From contig OZ242320.1 of NCBI GenBank assembly GCA_965208125.1, positions 3,776,001-3,840,000 on the forward strand: a stretch of DNA of 64,000 nt. Direction: 5' to 3'. This DNA is from Candidatus Latescibacterota bacterium (GTDB taxonomy: Bacteria; Latescibacterota; UBA2968). Of the stretch, positions 1-9,089 are shown piece by piece. Positions within the stretch are counted from its first letter, which is position 1; each line of letters opens with the position of its first letter. Under the pieces are notes generated by a model. The model worked only from the letters and a program-made list of their open reading frames with translations, had not been told where the DNA came from and did not search any database. Made by a program: the position numbers and the translations under genes.

Positions 1-528
1 TTGAAGCGATTTGCCATCGTTGAGTTCAAGGGTTTGTCCCATTGGGTCGCGATTGGGAAAGTAACGCTGCGCACTTTGTTCTGTGAGGATGACGACGTTT
101 GGGGCGTTGAGTGCTGTTGAGGGATCTCCCGCGATGAAGGGAACGGTAAAGACATCGAAAAAGCTGCTTTCTGCGTAGTAGAAATTTTTCTCGATGACGT
201 AATTCGACTCTTGACGGATTGTTTGGCTTTCTCGTCTCAATCGCGTGCTGTGGATTACCTCCGGATATCGTTCTTTCAGTGTTTCAGATATGGGTACCGA
301 TACATAGGGAATGGTCCATTCGTTGTCGCCGTATCGGGCGTTCCACAAAACGCGATAGATTTGATCGGCATTTTTGTGAAATCGATCGTAGCTCAGTTCG
401 TCCTGTACAAAGAGCATGATCAACATGCAGCACCCAATACCCACGGCGAGTCCAGAGATGTTGACAAAAGAATAGACTTTGTGACGCAAGAGTGTGCGGA
501 TGGCGACGGTGATGTGATTTTTGAACAT
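1..528 (-). CDS. MacB/FtsX-family ABC transporter permease, N-terminal part (runs off window edge)
   Basis: Not in the ORF track. The reverse strand from ATG at 528 reads MFKNHITVAIRTLLRHKVYSFVNISGLAVGIGCCMLIMLFVQDELSYDRFHKNADQIYR, the typical N-terminus of MacB-like permeases; GGGGGAG RBS upstream. Confidence 0.9.
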   Translation of the reverse strand, partial: MFKNHITVAIRTLLRHKVYSFVNISGLAVGIGCCMLIMLFVQDELSYDRFHKNADQIYRVLWNARYGDNEWTIPYVSVPISETLKERYPEVIHSTRLRRESQTIRQESNYVIEKNFYYAESSFFDVFTVPFIAGDPSTALNAPNVVILTEQSAQRYFPNRDPMGQTLELNDGKSLQ

Positions 529-581
529 GGCTCCCCCTGTAGAAAAATAAGATAGGCTATCAAGCGTTATTTTATTGATTG

Positions 582-600
582 AAGCAATAACCGTGCCAAA
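582..600 (-). promoter_or_regulatory. sigma-54 (-24/-12) promoter of the ABC permease
   Basis: Reverse strand TTTGGCACGGTTATTGCTT matches TGGCACG-N4-TTGCW exactly, ~55 bp upstream of the start codon. Confidence 0.85.
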
Positions 601-617
601 AATTGTTTGTGTATATT

Positions 618-701
618 TTTCAATAGGTTAAGTAAAAATAGGGATTTGGTAGCCACATACAAGTGTCCGATAATGATACAGTAGTGTCCGTTTTCGGACA
701 C
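618..701. promoter_or_regulatory. IHF-like site and tandem upstream activator sites for a sigma-54 enhancer-binding protein
   Basis: TTTCAATAGGTTA (618-630, one mismatch to WATCAANNNNTTR); perfect palindrome GTGTCCG-TTTT-CGGACAC (684-701) and a degenerate copy GTGTCCGATAATGATACA (663-680) 21 bp apart. Confidence 0.65.
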
Positions 702-833
702 CTGGCACACAAATAATCTATGCCTTGAAACTGAACTATTCAGGAGGATAGTTCCAAATTAGTTCAACTATTTTGGAGCAAGTTCCAAAATGGTACACTA
801 TTCTCGGGGTTTAAGAATCGGTTTGTCCAACCG

Positions 834-2186
834 TTAGATACGCGGTGGGCGCAGGCTACCTAATTGAAATCTGCGGGGATCACCGAGGCGTTTTCCCAGA
901 GCCTCGGGTGTCCAGTTGGTGTGGGTGAGTGCCCAGTCGATTTCGCTGGCGAGTGGGCTGTCGAAGATGCCGGGATCGTCCGCGCCGATGACGAGGTTGA
1001 CATTTGATTCGAGGAATGTGTGGATGGGGTGATGGGCGGGATCGGGTACGCCGCCGATGCGGAGATTGGAAGTGGGACACGTTTCGATGACTGTGCCGAG
1101 TTGCGTGAGGTGGTTGAGAACAAATTGCTGGCGGTTGCGGATTTCTTTGAGACGTTGGGGAGTATAAGGGCGCTCGATTATTTCTTCGGGTGTTCGATTT
1201 TTCAGGGTTTGTTGTTCGGTTTGGAGTGCGCTGGCGTGCACTTCGATACCGAAAGCCGAAAGTTCAGAGGCGTGTGTGAGATCGTAGGCGATCTGGTCGA
1301 GGCGTTCGCTGACCCGTTCGTTTGCGTGTGCATTGGGTCTGCGCGCAATCGCGACTGCCGGGTCGAGGCCGAGCGCTGTGGCATGGCCCAATCGCCTGGC
1401 GCCCATTTCGGCAGCTTCGTGACACCAGCGTATCGCGCTTTCGAGCGATTTGTCAAAATAGCTTTCGCCCACATGATAGGTGATTTCGAGGGCGCGATCG
1501 GGGTGTTGTTGGTTGTTGTTGTGTACGCGTTGGAAGAGTTCGCGGTTGTCTTTTGGGGGATAACCTTCTTCGATATCGGCAAAGTCAATGCCGACGATGG
1601 TGGGTGTGAGTTCGGGGGTTTTATCTATGAGTTCTTGCACCCATTCGTAGTCTTGCTGTGCGGTCTGGCGGCGCAGGGTGACGATGTAGCGCGCGGTTGT
1701 GTTGTTTTGCGATGCGTTTGAGAGAATTTGGGCGTTTGTGCGGTGAAAGTCGATGAATCCCTCTCGCGTTTCCCCACCGCCGCTGCAACGGTATTCGATA
1801 AAGGTGATACCTTCTTTGCGATGCCGTTCATGTGCTTTGAAAAACGCCTTGATCAGGAGTTCCTGTCTTTTGGGCGGGTGTCTCAAAAGGCTGCTGATGA
1901 GGTTGAATTTGGCTTTAAACCGGCCAAAGTCGCCTCCGTCTTTTTCTGTGTAGATGTAGTGTTCCTTAAATTTGGCAAGTCCCGTGGTTGGATTGGATAG
2001 GGCATCGCGATAGAGTGCGATGGGATCCGGGCGAATACCATAAGCTTCTTCGTAGGCGTCGGTAAAGAGCGTCCAGTCAATGTCTTCGTAAAGGTCTTTG
2101 CCGAGTTCTATGAGGTCTTCGGCGGTCAAGCATCCGCCGGGATGGACATGGAGTTCGCAAGTTTTAGCTAAGTGGAGTGGGGACAT
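834..2186 (-). CDS. adenosine/AMP deaminase-family metallohydrolase
   Basis: ELHVHPGG (HxH), HVGE, RLGHA, CPTSN and GADDPGIF motifs. Confidence 0.8.
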   Translation of the reverse strand: MSPLHLAKTCELHVHPGGCLTAEDLIELGKDLYEDIDWTLFTDAYEEAYGIRPDPIALYRDALSNPTTGLAKFKEHYIYTEKDGGDFGRFKAKFNLISSLLRHPPKRQELLIKAFFKAHERHRKEGITFIEYRCSGGGETREGFIDFHRTNAQILSNASQNNTTARYIVTLRRQTAQQDYEWVQELIDKTPELTPTIVGIDFADIEEGYPPKDNRELFQRVHNNNQQHPDRALEITYHVGESYFDKSLESAIRWCHEAAEMGARRLGHATALGLDPAVAIARRPNAHANERVSERLDQIAYDLTHASELSAFGIEVHASALQTEQQTLKNRTPEEIIERPYTPQRLKEIRNRQQFVLNHLTQLGTVIETCPTSNLRIGGVPDPAHHPIHTFLESNVNLVIGADDPGIFDSPLASEIDWALTHTNWTPEALGKRLGDPRRFQLGSLRPPRI

Positions 2187-2375
2187 GTAGCATTCCTTTG
2201 GATTCGCGCGTTTTGAGCCTGTTACATCTAAAAAAGTTAAGAGAATTTACAGGGTGAGACAAGTCCCTATTTACAGATCAAAAAATGTCTCAATTTGGGG
2301 CAATTCACCGCTTGACGCAGCTTGTTATTTATGATATTTTATGAAGTGAAATAATCGTGTAAAGTATTTGGTCGT

Positions 2376-2618
2376 TTGGAGGTTCAGGTGACTCTACAGT
2401 TGTTAATTTTTATCGCTGCAGTAATTTATTTGTGTTGGGTATCCGTTCGGTATTGGAAACGTCGCAATAGCAAAGATGGTCCGTTTATTGAAGTGGTTGA
2501 AAAGAAGCCCGTGAGTAAGCCGTATAGACAGAGACGGGTGCAAAAGAAAAAAGAGTCCGATGATGACCGCGAGTGGCGCAAGCGCGTGCAGGACGAAATT
2601 GAAGATATGACAAAATAA
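2376..2618 (+). CDS. small single-pass membrane protein, hypothetical
   Basis: N-terminal hydrophobic helix then charged tail; TTGACG-N17-TATTTT promoter-like sequence upstream; start uncertain. Confidence 0.55.
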   Translation: MEVQVTLQLLIFIAAVIYLCWVSVRYWKRRNSKDGPFIEVVEKKPVSKPYRQRRVQKKKESDDDREWRKRVQDEIEDMTK

Positions 2619-2670
2619 AGGTCGGGGGTCTAAAGCCATTTGTTCACGAAAAGCGGGGTCTATTACAACA

Positions 2671-2703
2671 AAAAACCTCATCCATATTGGATGGGGTTTT
2701 TAT
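2671..2703. terminator. intrinsic terminator hairpin
   Basis: AAAAACCTCATCCA-TAT-TGGATGGGGTTTTT. Confidence 0.7.
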
Positions 2704-2778
2704 TTGTACTTGCACTTGAGCGATTTGCTTGCTACGTTACTCGTGAGTGAGCAAACCTTTTGAATTGGAATATTGGAT

Positions 2779-3906
2779 ATGCGCGAATATTTGATTATTG
2801 ATGGACATCTCGATATGGCGTTTAATGCACTGTTTTATCGCCGGGATCTCACGCAGTCTGTATATGTGTTGCGCGATCGCGAAGACAGTATGGTGGGGGG
2901 ATTATCGACGCATCCGGATTCGCTGGAGAAACGCCTGGGGCCACAGCCCAAACGGTTTACGCCAACTGTTTGTTTGCCCGAGATGCGAAAAGGGCGCGTG
3001 GGGATTATGCTTTCGACCATTATGTGTCGCGTGCAAAATCCACAGGATAATACGCACAATGCGGTGCGCACACAGGATGTGGCTTATGCGAGAGGCCAAT
3101 CTCATCTGGCGTATTATCGGGCGCTGGAACGGTGTGGCGAAATTCGGTTTATCAAGTCTGTTGCAGATCTCAATGCCTGTGTTGCTGACTGGGAGAACCC
3201 ATCGGATGATACGCCCGTGGGGCTTATTTTGTCGATGGAAAGTGCCGATCCGATTCTGGGGCCCGATCAGGTGGGCGAATGGTATGAAGCGGGACTGCGC
3301 TCTGTATCTTTGACTCATTTTGGCGCCAATACGTATGGGCACGGCACGGGTACGGTGGGCGGGCTATATCCACCGGCTTACGCGCTGATGGACGCGTTGT
3401 CTGAGACCGATATTGCGCTGGATCTGACGCATGCGGCGGATCTCACTTTCTGGCATATTCTCGATTATTGGAAGGGACCGGTGCATGCCAGCCATTGCAA
3501 TTGTCGCGCATTGGTGCCGGGGCAGCGGCATTTGTCGGACGATATGATCCGCGCGATTACTGACCGGGGCGGCGTAATCGGGATGGTTTTTGCCGAGCAG
3601 ATGCTGTCTCCGGCATGGAATTGGGACGATCAGAGTACGCATTATACCACGGCAACCCGACCGATGAAGGCAGTACTCGAACACATCGATCACATCTGCG
3701 AACTGACCGGCAGCACAGATTACGTGGCTTATGGCACGGATCTGGACGGTGGATTTGGGTTGGAGCTTTCGCCCACAGATTATCATACGGTTGACGATTT
3801 GCAGCGCTTTCTAAATCTCATGCGCGATCACGGCTATGGGGAAGACGACGTGAAGGGGTTTGCGCATGGGAATTTGGTTCGATTTTTTACCACGGCCTGG
3901 GGATGA
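2779..3906 (+). CDS. membrane dipeptidase (peptidase M19 family)
   Basis: DGHLD, MESAD, DLTH, ASHCN, GTDLDGG motifs. Confidence 0.85.
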   Translation: MREYLIIDGHLDMAFNALFYRRDLTQSVYVLRDREDSMVGGLSTHPDSLEKRLGPQPKRFTPTVCLPEMRKGRVGIMLSTIMCRVQNPQDNTHNAVRTQDVAYARGQSHLAYYRALERCGEIRFIKSVADLNACVADWENPSDDTPVGLILSMESADPILGPDQVGEWYEAGLRSVSLTHFGANTYGHGTGTVGGLYPPAYALMDALSETDIALDLTHAADLTFWHILDYWKGPVHASHCNCRALVPGQRHLSDDMIRAITDRGGVIGMVFAEQMLSPAWNWDDQSTHYTTATRPMKAVLEHIDHICELTGSTDYVAYGTDLDGGFGLELSPTDYHTVDDLQRFLNLMRDHGYGEDDVKGFAHGNLVRFFTTAWG

Positions 3907-3907
3907 C

Positions 3908-4993
3908 ATGTCCGATCATACTTACTTTATTGTCGATAGCCACTTAGACCTCGCTTTTTGCGCCATTCAGGTCAACCGCGATCTCACGCAACCTGCGGCA
4001 ACCGTGCGGGTACACGATTCGGAACCGACTACGCGGAGTTTTGGGTCGTGTACGACCACGTTTCCCGAGTTGCACAAGGGGCGCGTGGGGATTGTATTTG
4101 GCACGGTGATGTCGCGTATTGATACCAATGATCGCTGGACGCGCACGGGGATGTGGGATCAGACGCAGTGTTACGGTGTCGGGATGGGGCATTATGCCTT
4201 TTATAAGGCGATGGAGCAACGGGGGATTATCCGGCAGATTCATACGGTTGAGGATCTGGACGCATGCGTTGCGGCGTGGGCGCAGCCTGCGGCAGATACC
4301 CCCATCGGGTTGGTGCTGGCGATGGAAAGCGCCGATCCGATTCTCGATCCCGATCAGGTGCCCGAATGGCGCGATCTGGGCTTGAAAATGGTGAGTATTT
4401 CGCATTATGGCGTGAGTTCTTATTGTCATGGAACGGGGACAGAAGGGGGATTGCTGGATCGGGGCAGGCCATTGCTCGACGCGCTCAAAACTGCGGGAAT
4501 TATTGTGGATATGACGCATACAACCGATCAAGCATTCTGGGAAATTCTCGATTATTACGATGGACCGGTGGCTGCAAGCCATCACAATTGTCGGGCATTG
4601 ACACCAGGGCAAAGACAGTTAACAGATGATATGATCCGCGCGATTGTTGAACGCAGCGGGGTTATTGGCGCGGCTTTTGATGCTTGGATGCTTGATCCAA
4701 AGTGGAAGCGGGGCGTGCCGTGTTATGAGCAGACCACAGAGGCGACGCTCGAGACTGTGGTTGATCACATTGATCATGTGTGTCAGATTGCTGGCAATGC
4801 GAATCATTCGGGCATTGGGACAGATCTCGATGGGGGGTATGGCCAGGAACAGTCGCCGCGAGATTTAAATACAATTGCCGATTTGCAGAATCTGGTGCCT
4901 ATTTTTGAACGGCGCGGATATTCAGAAGAGGATATTCAAAAGGTTTTGTCGGGAAATTGGGTGCGGTTGTTGAAGTCGGTGTGGAAAAGGTGA
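3908..4993 (+). CDS. membrane dipeptidase (peptidase M19 family), tandem paralog
   Basis: DSHLD, MESAD, DMTH, ASHHN, GTDLDGG; ATG 1 nt after the upstream stop. Confidence 0.85.
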   Translation: MSDHTYFIVDSHLDLAFCAIQVNRDLTQPAATVRVHDSEPTTRSFGSCTTTFPELHKGRVGIVFGTVMSRIDTNDRWTRTGMWDQTQCYGVGMGHYAFYKAMEQRGIIRQIHTVEDLDACVAAWAQPAADTPIGLVLAMESADPILDPDQVPEWRDLGLKMVSISHYGVSSYCHGTGTEGGLLDRGRPLLDALKTAGIIVDMTHTTDQAFWEILDYYDGPVAASHHNCRALTPGQRQLTDDMIRAIVERSGVIGAAFDAWMLDPKWKRGVPCYEQTTEATLETVVDHIDHVCQIAGNANHSGIGTDLDGGYGQEQSPRDLNTIADLQNLVPIFERRGYSEEDIQKVLSGNWVRLLKSVWKR

Positions 4994-5005
4994 AAGGACA
5001 CAAAA

Positions 5006-6463
5006 ATGTCAGAGCGACCAAATTTGTTGTTGATTACAACAGATCAACAGCGAGGCGATTGCCTCGGGTGTGATGGGCATCCGGTACTGGAGACGCCGTA
5101 TCTCGATGAAATGGCCGAGCGAGGAGCGCATTTTCCCCACGCATATACGTCGGTGCCGTCGTGTACGCCTGCACGCGCGGGGATTATCACGGGGATGGAT
5201 CAATGGAATCACGGGCGGTTGACTATGACGGGAAGCCATCCGCTGGAATATCCGGCGACATTGCCGGGAGAACTCGCAGCGGCGGGGTATCACACGCAGG
5301 CTGTGGGTAAGATGCATCATGCCCCGCAGCGCAGGCTATACGGTTTTCACCACATGGTGCTGGATGAAAGTGGGCGGCGGATGGGAAACTTTATCAGCGA
5401 TTATCATTTGTTTTTTGATCAGCACAAAGAAGGTGTTTACGGGTATCGGGATCACAGTATCGACTGGAATTCATGGATGGCGCGGCCCAGCCATTTGCCC
5501 GAGCATTTGCATCCGACGCACTGGACGGCGAGCGAGGGGATTAAATTTTTGCAGCAACGCGATCCGACCAAACCGTTTTTTATGTGGCTTTCATTTGCGC
5601 GTCCTCATTCGCCTTATGATGCGCCCCAGGCGTATTGGGATATGTATATCAACAATGACAATATACCCAAAGCCGCTGTAGGAGACTGGGCAGCAGAGTT
5701 TGATAAAAAGATCGCGGATGTCAATGCGCCGCGTTCGCATCGCTCCGATGCTGAAACGCATAGGGGCCGGGCAGGGTATTACGGCAATATCACGTTTATC
5801 GATCACCAGATTGGGCGCGTGCTGTACGAGTTGCGCCGCCACGACCCGCAAACATACAGCAATACTCTGATTATTTTTACGTCTGATCACGGCGATATGA
5901 TGGGTGACCATCACCACTGGCGGAAGACGTATGCTTACGAAGGGTCTGCGCGCATTCCGTTTATCGTGAAGTATCCCGATACATGGCGCGATGTGGCGCG
6001 AGGGATGAAGTACGATCATCCGGTGGAGTTGCGCGATGTGATGCCCACATTGCTCGATGCTGCCGAAGTCGATATACCAGAGTCTGTAGATGGAAGGTCT
6101 CTTCTGGATATTGCGCGAGGGGATGACGAGGGATGGCGTGCGTTTGTGCAGGGTGAGCATACGTCGTGTTATACAAGAGAACACGGCATGCAATATGTGA
6201 CTGATGGGCACGAGAAGTATATCTGGTTTCATCACACGGGAGAAGAACAATTTTTTAATCTGGATGACGATCCATTGGAATGTTGCGAGTTGTCCAAAGA
6301 CCCGGCATACGAAACGCGCATAGCAATGTGGCGCAGTAGATTGGCAGAGGTGAATGAAAATCGGGGCGATCCGAGGGGACAAAATGGGGAACTCGTACCG
6401 CAGCCCGATGGCGCGCTGAGCCTGTCGCCAAATTATCAGAAATGGAAAGATGCCGCACAATAA
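5006..6463 (+). CDS. arylsulfatase (Cys-type, formylglycine-dependent)
   Basis: PNLLLITTDQQR, SCTPARA (CxPxR), GKMH, SDHGD. Confidence 0.9.
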   Translation: MSERPNLLLITTDQQRGDCLGCDGHPVLETPYLDEMAERGAHFPHAYTSVPSCTPARAGIITGMDQWNHGRLTMTGSHPLEYPATLPGELAAAGYHTQAVGKMHHAPQRRLYGFHHMVLDESGRRMGNFISDYHLFFDQHKEGVYGYRDHSIDWNSWMARPSHLPEHLHPTHWTASEGIKFLQQRDPTKPFFMWLSFARPHSPYDAPQAYWDMYINNDNIPKAAVGDWAAEFDKKIADVNAPRSHRSDAETHRGRAGYYGNITFIDHQIGRVLYELRRHDPQTYSNTLIIFTSDHGDMMGDHHHWRKTYAYEGSARIPFIVKYPDTWRDVARGMKYDHPVELRDVMPTLLDAAEVDIPESVDGRSLLDIARGDDEGWRAFVQGEHTSCYTREHGMQYVTDGHEKYIWFHHTGEEQFFNLDDDPLECCELSKDPAYETRIAMWRSRLAEVNENRGDPRGQNGELVPQPDGALSLSPNYQKWKDAAQ

Positions 6464-6478
6464 AAATGCGAGGATGCT

Positions 6479-6973
6479 ATGGCCCAAAAATACTGGCTTG
6501 TAAAGTGCGAGTACGATGTGTGCTCTTTTGAAGAATTGAGCAATCGGCCCAGTGGAATTGGGTACTGGCGAGGGGTGCGCAATTATCAGGCGCGCAATTT
6601 TATCCGCGACGAAATGCAAAAAGGCGACCAGACACTTTTCTATCAGTCGAATTGTAAAAATCCCGGTGTTGCCGGTATTGCCAATATTGTGCGTACGGGA
6701 TATCCCGATCCCACTCAATTCGATGTGCGTCATCAGTACTACGACGAGAAATCTACCGAAGAAGATCCGCGCTGGTTTTCTTTTGACGTGCAGTGGTCAA
6801 AGGCATTTGAGCCTTATGTCAGCCTGCAAGATCTCAAGGATAATCCCAAGCTCAAAGATATGAAGGTGGTTCAACGCGGGCAGCGGTTGTCAATTCAGCC
6901 GGTGACAAGGAAGGAGTTTGAGATTGTCTGCGAGATGGGGGGCATATGGCGAGATGAGAAGGCCAGAGAATAG
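6479..6973 (+). CDS. EVE domain protein
   Basis: YWLVKCE...WRGVRNYQARNFIRDEMQKGD...RLSIQPV signature. Confidence 0.9.
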   Translation: MAQKYWLVKCEYDVCSFEELSNRPSGIGYWRGVRNYQARNFIRDEMQKGDQTLFYQSNCKNPGVAGIANIVRTGYPDPTQFDVRHQYYDEKSTEEDPRWFSFDVQWSKAFEPYVSLQDLKDNPKLKDMKVVQRGQRLSIQPVTRKEFEIVCEMGGIWRDEKARE

Positions 6974-7020
6974 AAAATGAAATTCTTCAAAGACAATTCG
7001 TTGCAGAGAAAAGGTACATC

Positions 7021-7614
7021 ATGCCGCGTAAAAACAGGGTTCTTAGCCTGGACGACACCGCCCCCTTATTTACTCTTCCGTCACATCAGCGGCAAGACGT
7101 ATCGCTCGTATCGTATCGAGGTAAAGAACATGTCATTCTGACGTTTTTTCGGGGAACCTGGTGAAAAAGAAGCCGTCGTCAGTTGGCGATAGTACAAGAA
7201 CATATAGATGCTTATACCGAACGCAATGCGACATCTATCGCTATCGCAGCAGGACAGCAACTCTGTGAACTGCGCGAATACGCCGAACAGAGTGGTATAA
7301 CCTATCCGCTTCTGGCGGACGCAGATCGAAGTGCCATCAAAAGCTATGGGGTCTATCACTGGTTTGGTCTGGCGTTTGCTCACAATCTCATTTACAACAT
7401 TTTGCGTCCAGCGGGATTTTTCATCGACAAACTCGGCTATTCGTTATACAACTGGCTCGGTCTGCCAGATCACAGCCTCGTTAACAGTATTGCCCGTCCA
7501 GCGATGTTTATCATCGATAAACTCGGGGTTATTAGATATATGTATATTGGGTCAAATCAGTTTGATTTAGCCGAACAGGAAGAAATTATCGAGCACTTGA
7601 AATTGCTACCATAA
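7021..7614 (+). CDS. AhpC/TSA peroxiredoxin-like selenoprotein (Sec encoded by TGA 7162-7164)
   Basis: ATG 7021 with AAGGT RBS reads MPRKNRVLSLDDTAPLFTLPSHQRQDVSLVSYRGKEHVILTFFRGTW-TGA-KRSRRQLAIVQ and stays in frame with the 7183-7614 ORF; TGA sits at the redoxin catalytic Cys position. Confidence 0.8.
7175..7190 (+). promoter_or_regulatory. candidate bacterial SECIS hairpin
   Basis: GTCGTC-AGTT-GGCGAT stem-loop; apical loop with GU starts 17 nt after the UGA. Confidence 0.6.
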
Positions 7615-7757
7615 TTCAGATTAAAAAATAAATAAAACTTGACAAAAAATTGGTGGTATTCAAATATTCTTTTAATTTTAAAGAGTTTCTTATTAACAAG
7701 TTAAGTATGTGGTTCGCTGTCTCACCTCGAGAATTTGGATTAAAATGAGGCGATAGA

Positions 7758-8936
7758 ATGCAGATACCTTCTTCATATCAACCCGGGTATGAAAAAGCTC
7801 TTCTGACCGATCCCGATCTCGCCAAAACATACATCCAGCACACGCTCATTGGCGATCCCGATGCCGATGCCCTTATCAATGCAATATCCGACATTGACCA
7901 TGAGCAACAGGGCGAATTTATCCGGGTAGGAATGGATCAGGATGAGGAAAAATTGCGTGATGCGCCGCAGGGAGTGCGAGAGTTTTTTGAGAAGATCGGG
8001 ACGCCACCCGCGTGGTTTGATCCACAGTCCGTATATCCCGGATGCAGTGGCTTCCACGCGTACTCAGATCTGTTTCTCACCGCATTTGTCACCGATATCA
8101 TCATCCGGGGTTTCACAACGCTAATCAGTCAGTCGTTCTTTATGACGGGAAGGCTGACCGATTGGGGTGTGCGGCGGCTGAGACAGAATATCCGGCATCT
8201 TCTGGAAATTATGTTGCCGGGTGGCCTGGAGCGACATGGCGAGGGCTGGAAATTGTCCGTCCGTCTCAGGCTGGTGCATGCACAAATCAGGCGACATCTT
8301 CTCGCTTCTGAAGATTGGGACTATGAAGCCCACGGTCTGCCGATTAGTGCTGCCCATGTCGCGCTCGCATCCTGTAATTTTTCCGGGATGATGCTGGATT
8401 CAGCCGCGAGGATTGGCGCGCGTCTAAACGATGAAGAGCGCGACAGTTTCATGCAAATCTGGCGCTATACCGCTTATCTGATGGGTGTGCCCGATGTTCT
8501 ACTATTCCGCAATGAGACCGAAGCCAAAGAAATATTCCGCGTGGGCTATATCTGCGAGCCGTCCCCCGGCCTGGAAGCTATTGCTATGGCAAACTCTGTG
8601 ATTGCCTCTGCCCCTTTAGTGATTGGGATTGATGACAGGAGCGAGCGCGATGACCTGTCTAATTATGGGTATCGCCTTTCTCGATCGTTGCTTGGAGATG
8701 AACTCGCCGACCAACTCATGTTCCCAGAGAGTCGGACAGCCGGGGCCGGGACGCTGGCATATTTGAGGCTGAGGCGTAGAATTCAGGAGGTTATCGACGT
8801 CTTTCGGTGGGGAAAGAGACCGAGGCAGCGTACAAGGAATTTCATAACTCTGCTTCACATATCTATGCTCAAGCCAGATATGATCACTTACCGCTTGCCC
8901 AATCGCCTGCATGCAGATGCGGCGAGTTGGTGGTAA
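7758..8936 (+). CDS. oxygenase MpaB/latex-clearing-protein (DUF2236) family
   Basis: GDPDADAL, PPAWFD, VRLRLVHAQIR (RxxH), WRYTAYLMGVP. Confidence 0.8.
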   Translation: MQIPSSYQPGYEKALLTDPDLAKTYIQHTLIGDPDADALINAISDIDHEQQGEFIRVGMDQDEEKLRDAPQGVREFFEKIGTPPAWFDPQSVYPGCSGFHAYSDLFLTAFVTDIIIRGFTTLISQSFFMTGRLTDWGVRRLRQNIRHLLEIMLPGGLERHGEGWKLSVRLRLVHAQIRRHLLASEDWDYEAHGLPISAAHVALASCNFSGMMLDSAARIGARLNDEERDSFMQIWRYTAYLMGVPDVLLFRNETEAKEIFRVGYICEPSPGLEAIAMANSVIASAPLVIGIDDRSERDDLSNYGYRLSRSLLGDELADQLMFPESRTAGAGTLAYLRLRRRIQEVIDVFRWGKRPRQRTRNFITLLHISMLKPDMITYRLPNRLHADAASWW

Positions 8937-9089
8937 GGCGAGATGAGGCAGCCAAACTACCAAATAAAACTTGACAAAAAATGGGTGATATTCAAATATT
9001 CTTTTAATTTTAAAGAGTTTTTTATTAACAACTTAAGCAGGTGTTTCGCTAACTGACCTCGAGAATTTGGATTAAAATGAGGTGCTGAA

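Noticed and set aside
211-555. 114-aa plus-strand ORF
   Set aside because: Antisense shadow of the minus-strand ABC permease, which has a recognisable sequence, RBS and promoter
5591-6733. 380-aa minus-strand ORF
   Set aside because: Antisense to the sulfatase and EVE genes; no motifs
7183-7614. 143-aa ORF as a stand-alone gene or pseudogene
   Set aside because: Better explained as the part of a selenoprotein downstream of the UGA, starting at 7021
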